Below, one piece after another: positions 19,613 through 24,050 of a stretch of 24,050 nucleotides of DNA. The notes beneath the pieces were generated by a model. It worked only from the letters and a program-made list of their open reading frames with translations. It had not been told where the DNA came from and did not search any database. Source of the DNA: a virus (taxonomy: Duplodnaviria > Caudoviricetes); IMG/VR virus record IMGVR_UViG_3300020161_001927, positions 1-24,050 of that record. One strand, 5' to 3'. The position numbers and the translations under genes are program-made. Within the stretch, counting starts at the first letter, position 1. Each line of letters begins with the position of its first letter.

Positions 19613-20568
19613 TTTATTTTTCCTTGCTCTACTAAATTTAACCTATAAAGAGTAATTTCATTTTTAATTCTTTCAAAGAAAGAAGAACCATACTTTTGTG
19701 CTCTTTTATAATTTTCTTCAATATATGGTTTCATAGAATCATAAGTTTTATCCGTAATAGTATTAATTTTTTCCACAAGTTCTTTAACTGAAGATACTAC
19801 AACCATACCCCTAGTATCAAAAAAATCAGATATATTCGGACACCCCAAGTAAACAGGAACAGTTTTAGTTAATAAACAATCAATTAATTTTTCTGTAAAA
19901 TACGATTCCTCGACGCTGCTCTCAATTGCAATACTAAATTGACAATTAAACAAATTTATTTTGTCGTCGTTTGGTAACATACCATCATGTAGGGTATTCG
20001 AAAAAACACCATTATTTGTAGGAAATCTTGTACTAGAATAAAATTTAGTTGGATACCTAAATACATGTTTGTTATTCCAAATAATACATCTATGATTGTA
20101 CCCCTCTTTTCCTAAGTGTGATGTGGATAAAAAACTTATCTCAAATTTTTTATTTTCAAATGTAGAAGAAAATATAGATTCATCAAACACACCAAGAGAA
20201 TCTAAATGATTTTTATCTTTGTTTAACCATGTAGTACCATAAGGAAATAAAACTGAATTTGAAACTGATTGCAGTATTTTCTTTTCACTCGTCAATATCA
20301 AATCATACTTATGTGCATTGTGTATTATGTTTTCTGTGATTTCTCTACTTCTAGAACTTACTGGTTCATTTGAACAAACAAAAACTTTAAAACTAGATAT
20401 ATCTTTAAAATTTATTTTAACATCACCTAATTGATGTCTATAGTTTGAGTCTCCAAATCTACTAAAATGTATTTCTACTGGTATATCAAATGTTATACCT
20501 TTAGAAGAAAAATAATCACCATTTAAAATTGTAGCATTTATTTCTGATTTCATTATGTCAATATTCAA
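19609..20568 (-). CDS. GT10-like (alpha-1,3-fucosyltransferase-fold) glycosyltransferase
   Basis: FSIAIESS...YFTEKLIDC....TVPVYLG.PNI motif; start either TTG 20568 (TTGA overlap) or ATG 20553. Confidence 0.87.
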   Translation of the reverse strand: MNIDIMKSEINATILNGDYFSSKGITFDIPVEIHFSRFGDSNYRHQLGDVKINFKDISSFKVFVCSNEPVSSRSREITENIIHNAHKYDLILTSEKKILQSVSNSVLFPYGTTWLNKDKNHLDSLGVFDESIFSSTFENKKFEISFLSTSHLGKEGYNHRCIIWNNKHVFRYPTKFYSSTRFPTNNGVFSNTLHDGMLPNDDKINLFNCQFSIAIESSVEESYFTEKLIDCLLTKTVPVYLGCPNISDFFDTRGMVVVSSVKELVEKINTITDKTYDSMKPYIEENYKRAQKYGSSFFERIKNEITLYRLNLVEQGKIK

Positions 20569-21227
20569 TGTCTTAATAAATTGAAATTTATATCGCTTTC
20601 TTTAAATCCTAATTCTCTTAGAGAGTCTTCTTTTGATTTATTATCTGCAATTCCCATTGTTATGTAAGGTTTCATTCCCGGTGGAAGTTTATCTGTCGGC
20701 CATATTGCATAATTTCCGGGAAGAATTCCAATTTTTAATCTGTCTTTAAATTTAGGAAGAACATCAAACAAAAGTATTTCATGATCGAATACTTTTGGAC
20801 CTGTATTGCTTGCATTAAAATCACATCTATCTACCCAAAAATCTAAAAACTCAAAAACTATTGGTTTAGGAGTTAAATATATTGGAGATGCTTTTGGAAC
20901 ATTTATATCTATGAATTTTGGTAAAAACCCAGAATAGGCAAATATAACATCACAATGAGGTTCTTTATTATCAAAAATAGAAAGTTCATCATGAATAATT
21001 GAATCAACATCTAACCAAACTATTGGTTTATTCTTAGTCTTCAACATATTCAAAATAAAATTTGGTTTTCTTAAACAGTTCATTCTATAACTACCACTTG
21101 TTTGTAGTTCTCTAATATCGTGTGGTATGTTGTATTTGATGCACTCTTGACTCAATCTTTTAGCATGATCGCTATAATAGGTGTGTCCCTCTATATCAGA
21201 GAAAAATGATATTATTTCAGTGTTCAT
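20565..21227 (-). CDS. Putative nucleotide-diphospho-sugar transferase (GT-A, GT77-like)
   Basis: C.RKP.FI..ML, IVWLDVDS (DxD), DHE near the acceptor site. Confidence 0.72.
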   Translation of the reverse strand: MNTEIISFFSDIEGHTYYSDHAKRLSQECIKYNIPHDIRELQTSGSYRMNCLRKPNFILNMLKTKNKPIVWLDVDSIIHDELSIFDNKEPHCDVIFAYSGFLPKFIDINVPKASPIYLTPKPIVFEFLDFWVDRCDFNASNTGPKVFDHEILLFDVLPKFKDRLKIGILPGNYAIWPTDKLPPGMKPYITMGIADNKSKEDSLRELGFKESDINFNLLRH

Positions 21228-21997
21228 TTAATATAGTTCCATTTTTTACTAAAAAGTTTATTGATATAATCATAATTTGGATATTCATTATCACTGTTCA
21301 ATTTTTTTCTAGGATAACAAAAAATCCTATCAGTAGTATTTAGACTCTCTACAAGATAACATATGGAAGTTTCAACCGTATGAATTTCTTGTGCATTTTC
21401 AAGAATCCAGCAGAAGTCAAATATATGACAATATGAAGAATCGTTGTAAACAATTTTATAATCTGTTTTTGGATTTATATCATAAGTACGATGACCATTC
21501 GTATAATACATTGTATTTACAAATACAAATTTTTCTCCCTTTTCTATACCGTATTTTTTGCGAAGAGAATCTTCTCTTTCTGGATTTCTAGTAAATTTAA
21601 AGTAAGATTTCCAATCATGAAAATCGGTGTTTATGATTTTGTACTTGGAATACATTACCTGATCACTATTAACATTTAACATTGACATAGATGTTCTAAA
21701 TGGAAAGTAATGAATTACATTTTCGCCTAATATTACACTTTTGAAGTTGTTATACTTGAAATTATCATACAAAACTTTGTGCCAAATTTTAACAGACTCA
21801 CTGAAATCAGATTCTTTAGTAGGAAAACTAAAGTAAGACACCTTTGGAGTTTTTAAATACTCGTACAAATAATTGTATTTTGGATGTATCGGCCAGATGA
21901 TATGATCAACTTTTTCTGCAATAAGAGTTGCTGCTTTTTGTAGGAAGAAAATATCACCAAGACCTCTGGCCTGATCCATTAATGCTATATGTTTCAT
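21224..21997 (-). CDS. Hypothetical protein, putative GT-B glycosyltransferase
   Basis: N-terminal RGLGDI motif as in GT9/GT11/GT23-like enzymes, plus IFD...ILENA.EIH.VETS. Start placed at ATG 21997; the ORF track uses TTG 22003. Confidence 0.6.
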   Translation of the reverse strand: MKHIALMDQARGLGDIFFLQKAATLIAEKVDHIIWPIHPKYNYLYEYLKTPKVSYFSFPTKESDFSESVKIWHKVLYDNFKYNNFKSVILGENVIHYFPFRTSMSMLNVNSDQVMYSKYKIINTDFHDWKSYFKFTRNPEREDSLRKKYGIEKGEKFVFVNTMYYTNGHRTYDINPKTDYKIVYNDSSYCHIFDFCWILENAQEIHTVETSICYLVESLNTTDRIFCYPRKKLNSDNEYPNYDYINKLFSKKWNYIK

Positions 21998-21999
21998 GA

Positions 22000-22371
22000 T
22001 CAATAGTTTGGAAGTATTTTTTCTTCTCTGACTGTGCTTTTAGTTACTTCATCAATGTGTCGTTTGATAGCATATCTTTTATCATTTAAAGTATAAACAG
22101 ATCTTGCTAAAGAAATAAACTCTTCATCAAATTTTTTATCATTCTCCATCAATCTTAGCTTGTCCTCTACATCCCATAACTCTCTATTAACATTCATCAG
22201 TTCTTCTATAGTTTCTTCTTTCAAAGATAGACTATCTACCATATTCTTTATATTAGATAAATCTTGATTAATGTTAAAAAACTTCATAGAGAAGGGATTT
22301 ACTTTTTTCTTTTTGATTATGAGGATCGTATAACGATCCACCAATTCACCATTTGATACTTCTATTTGCAT
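22000..22371 (-). CDS. DUF6165-family protein
   Basis: IEVS.GELVD..TIL.IK, VN.ELWDVED.LR, FD.EFI.LARSVY..ND.R..IK..I, EEK. Confidence 0.85.
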   Translation of the reverse strand: MQIEVSNGELVDRYTILIIKKKKVNPFSMKFFNINQDLSNIKNMVDSLSLKEETIEELMNVNRELWDVEDKLRLMENDKKFDEEFISLARSVYTLNDKRYAIKRHIDEVTKSTVREEKILPNY

Positions 22372-23212
22372 AGTTCATAATGTTTGTATAAAGAATGTCA
22401 TCAGAAGAATCTAGATTTTTTACTCTTTCTAGATTGTCTTTAACTGCATCCAACTTACTCTCGTACAATTCTGGTGTAAGTATATTAGGATCAAAGTCAG
22501 AAGTCAATCTAATTATTCCATCCATGTTGAAATGCTCATGGATATCCGGTGCGCCCCAATAAACTGGTATGGTTGCAGAAGCAAAACAATCAGTTACCTT
22601 TTCTGTATAGTAAGTTGGATATGAGTCATTTTCTATAACTATTGAAAATCTATATGGAACCGTAGCCTCGGACTTGTCTGGCCACAGATTCTCCCCATAA
22701 CCAAATCTATTAGTTCCAGCAGCGCCACCAAAAATATCAATTGTATTCTTGAACTTTTCTGCAACAATATGTCGTATTGCGTGTCCAAATGTAATTTTCT
22801 TTGGAGAAGCAATCAAAGATATATTTTTAGTCTTCATAGGAAGATCCCTATAAATACTCAACCAAGGTAAATTACTACCGGCAGGACTATAAATTACATT
22901 AGGATATTCTGGTTTCAGTAATCCTTTTTCTGATACAAAAACATAATCAAAAGACTGACTTATTCTTTGTAATTCCTTTTCAAAAACTGGTCTTGGAAAA
23001 GACAAATGAAAAATAGCGCGGGATTCGCATACCCACGCAATCTTTATTTCCCCATCTTTTTTTGGTTCATTCATACCAACGGATATGCCACGATCAATAT
23101 AAACCTTTACTGGTCTATCCTGATCTGTCCATCTAAACAACTTTGGTAGTCTATTTGAGCACGAAGAATATTCAACTGGAAACGGAGCACCTATCGCTTG
23201 TAATTCATTCAT
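22346..23212 (-). CDS. GT10-like glycosyltransferase
   Basis: S.K....GH..RH, YRFSIVIEN....YYTEKVTDCF...TIPVYWGAPDI. Confidence 0.88.
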   Translation of the reverse strand: MNELQAIGAPFPVEYSSCSNRLPKLFRWTDQDRPVKVYIDRGISVGMNEPKKDGEIKIAWVCESRAIFHLSFPRPVFEKELQRISQSFDYVFVSEKGLLKPEYPNVIYSPAGSNLPWLSIYRDLPMKTKNISLIASPKKITFGHAIRHIVAEKFKNTIDIFGGAAGTNRFGYGENLWPDKSEATVPYRFSIVIENDSYPTYYTEKVTDCFASATIPVYWGAPDIHEHFNMDGIIRLTSDFDPNILTPELYESKLDAVKDNLERVKNLDSSDDILYTNIMNYANRSIKW

Positions 23213-23219
23213 ATAAAAA

Positions 23220-23621
23220 TCACCTTCCTATATGGTATTTAGGTACGAGTTCCCAGTCTCCCTTCTCTTTGTGTGAAAGAATCTTTAAACGAGCAAGACT
23301 TAATTGTTTTTCATATTCTGTGGGATCAACAGCATCTACCAGACCCCAATCAACAAGAAGTTTAACAATAGTATTTCTTCTCATCTCATCTTCTTCACTA
23401 ATATCGCTTTCTAAACCATCCATTAAAAACATTTCCTTAAAATGCATGATGGCATATCTACCACGCTTATGCAGAATGTGACAGGACTGGTATAGTTTCT
23501 TTTCGTGCTTTGAAGAGACACCCAAACGGGTTAGAGTTTCCTTGACTTTAAGGAAGTCCTCTTTATTCTTTAGTGTCACCTCAACACCCAATCCTTGAAA
23601 AATATCATCATCAGTTTCCAT
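23220..23621 (-). CDS. regA: T4-like translational repressor RegA
   Basis: DFLKVKETLTRLGV, KLYQSCHILHKRGRY.I.HFKE, RRNTIVKLL.DWGL, K..W.LVPKY.IG; GGAG SD at 23627-23630. Confidence 0.97.
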   Translation of the reverse strand: METDDDIFQGLGVEVTLKNKEDFLKVKETLTRLGVSSKHEKKLYQSCHILHKRGRYAIMHFKEMFLMDGLESDISEEDEMRRNTIVKLLVDWGLVDAVDPTEYEKQLSLARLKILSHKEKGDWELVPKYHIGR

Positions 23622-23664
23622 AATATCTCCGATTTTATCAATATTTATAAAAACGGGGATTTTA
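23621..23664 (-). promoter_or_regulatory. Imperfect RNA hairpin occluding the regA Shine-Dalgarno in read-through transcripts
   Basis: mRNA AUCCCCGUUUUUAU-AAAUAUUG-AUAAAAUCGGAGAU: 12 of 14 positions pair, and the 3' arm contains GGAG. Confidence 0.6.
23642..23649 (-). promoter_or_regulatory. T4-like late promoter TATAAATA
   Basis: Perfect consensus in the intergenic region, between the terminator and the regA SD. Confidence 0.85.
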
Positions 23665-23691
23665 AATAAAAAACCCCGCTTTCGCGGGGTT
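23664..23691 (-). terminator. Rho-independent terminator
   Basis: AACCCCGC-GAAA-GCGGGGTT followed by TTTTATTT on the minus strand, about 20 nt after the stop of the 97-aa gene. Confidence 0.93.
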
Positions 23692-23712
23692 CTTCTAAGA
23701 AAAAGTTCTATC

Positions 23713-24006
23713 TCAGTTAGTCACTGTAGATGGGCAAGCATCCTTTGGCTTGCAGCAGGTGCTAATCTTGTTCTTTACACAAGCAAGACCTTCATCCACG
23801 CGGTCAACTCGTCGTTCAAGATCACCGATGTAGTCCCAGTTGTGCTTTTCGTCTAGACGAGCACGAAGAGTGTGGTTGTCATATGCAAGAAGAACAATGC
23901 TGAGTCCTGCGAAGCAAGAAACAACATTAAATTCAAAACCTGCAAAGTGAAGAACTACTGAAGTAAAAAGTGCGATGAACGATAGAAAACGATAGCTAAA
24001 ACTCAT
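23713..24006 (-). CDS. Hypothetical small membrane protein (two N-terminal hydrophobic segments, coiled-coil, Cys-rich tail)
   Basis: 97-aa ORF with AGGAG SD and a dedicated terminator; hydrophobic residues about 7-42. Confidence 0.75.
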   Translation of the reverse strand: MSFSYRFLSFIALFTSVVLHFAGFEFNVVSCFAGLSIVLLAYDNHTLRARLDEKHNWDYIGDLERRVDRVDEGLACVKNKISTCCKPKDACPSTVTN

Positions 24007-24050
24007 TGTAACATATCTCCTATAAATTGGGAATCGAAGATACTGTAAAT

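Noticed and set aside
6733-23212. Bacterial chromosomal O-antigen/capsule locus, or giant-virus (NCLDV) origin
   Set aside because: No flippase, polymerase, ABC exporter or initiating transferase; regA, TATAAATA promoters, SD sites and coupled operon structure point to a T4-like phage.
6733-23212. DNA hypermodification (base glycosylation) cluster
   Set aside because: No hydroxymethylase, thymidylate-synthase-like, TET/JBP or T4 glucosyltransferase-like gene is seen here, and late timing fits poorly. Not formally excluded.
2233-23481. All remaining short (60-151 aa) plus-strand and nested ORFs in the track
   Set aside because: They lie within long motif-bearing minus-strand genes and show no recognisable motifs.
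1226-24006. Stop-codon reassignment (no called gene ends in TAG)
   Set aside because: All genes are intact under the standard bacterial code with no in-frame TAG read-through needed; TAG is often rare in AT-rich phages.

Overview
Segment of a large T4-like (Tevenvirinae/Kyanoviridae-like) myovirus genome, with every credible gene on the minus strand. In transcription order (right to left): a small membrane-protein gene ending at an intrinsic terminator; a T4-type late promoter (TATAAATA) inside a hairpin that hides the regA ribosome-binding site; regA; then a tightly coupled ~16.5 kb block of 19 glycan-related genes. That block holds about 9 soluble glycosyltransferase-like proteins, RfbH/DdhC 3-dehydrase, RmlB, two further NDP-sugar reductases/epimerases, a sugar O-methyltransferase, a DUF6165 protein and an HpcH-aldolase/SDR/AroB-like cyclase/ThDP-enzyme cassette, and it ends in a GT2-TPR protein glycosyltransferase. 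A second late promoter then opens a virion-fibre module: two Gly-X-Thr collagen-like proteins, a 960-aa propeller/repeat protein, a beta-helix domain and a 55-aa gene missing from the ORF track. The most economical reading is a phage-encoded, late-expressed virion glycosylation system that builds an unusual 3,6-dideoxy, branched or possibly carbocyclic sugar and attaches glycans to Thr-rich fibres. This is inference from motifs and gene order only; no searches were run.
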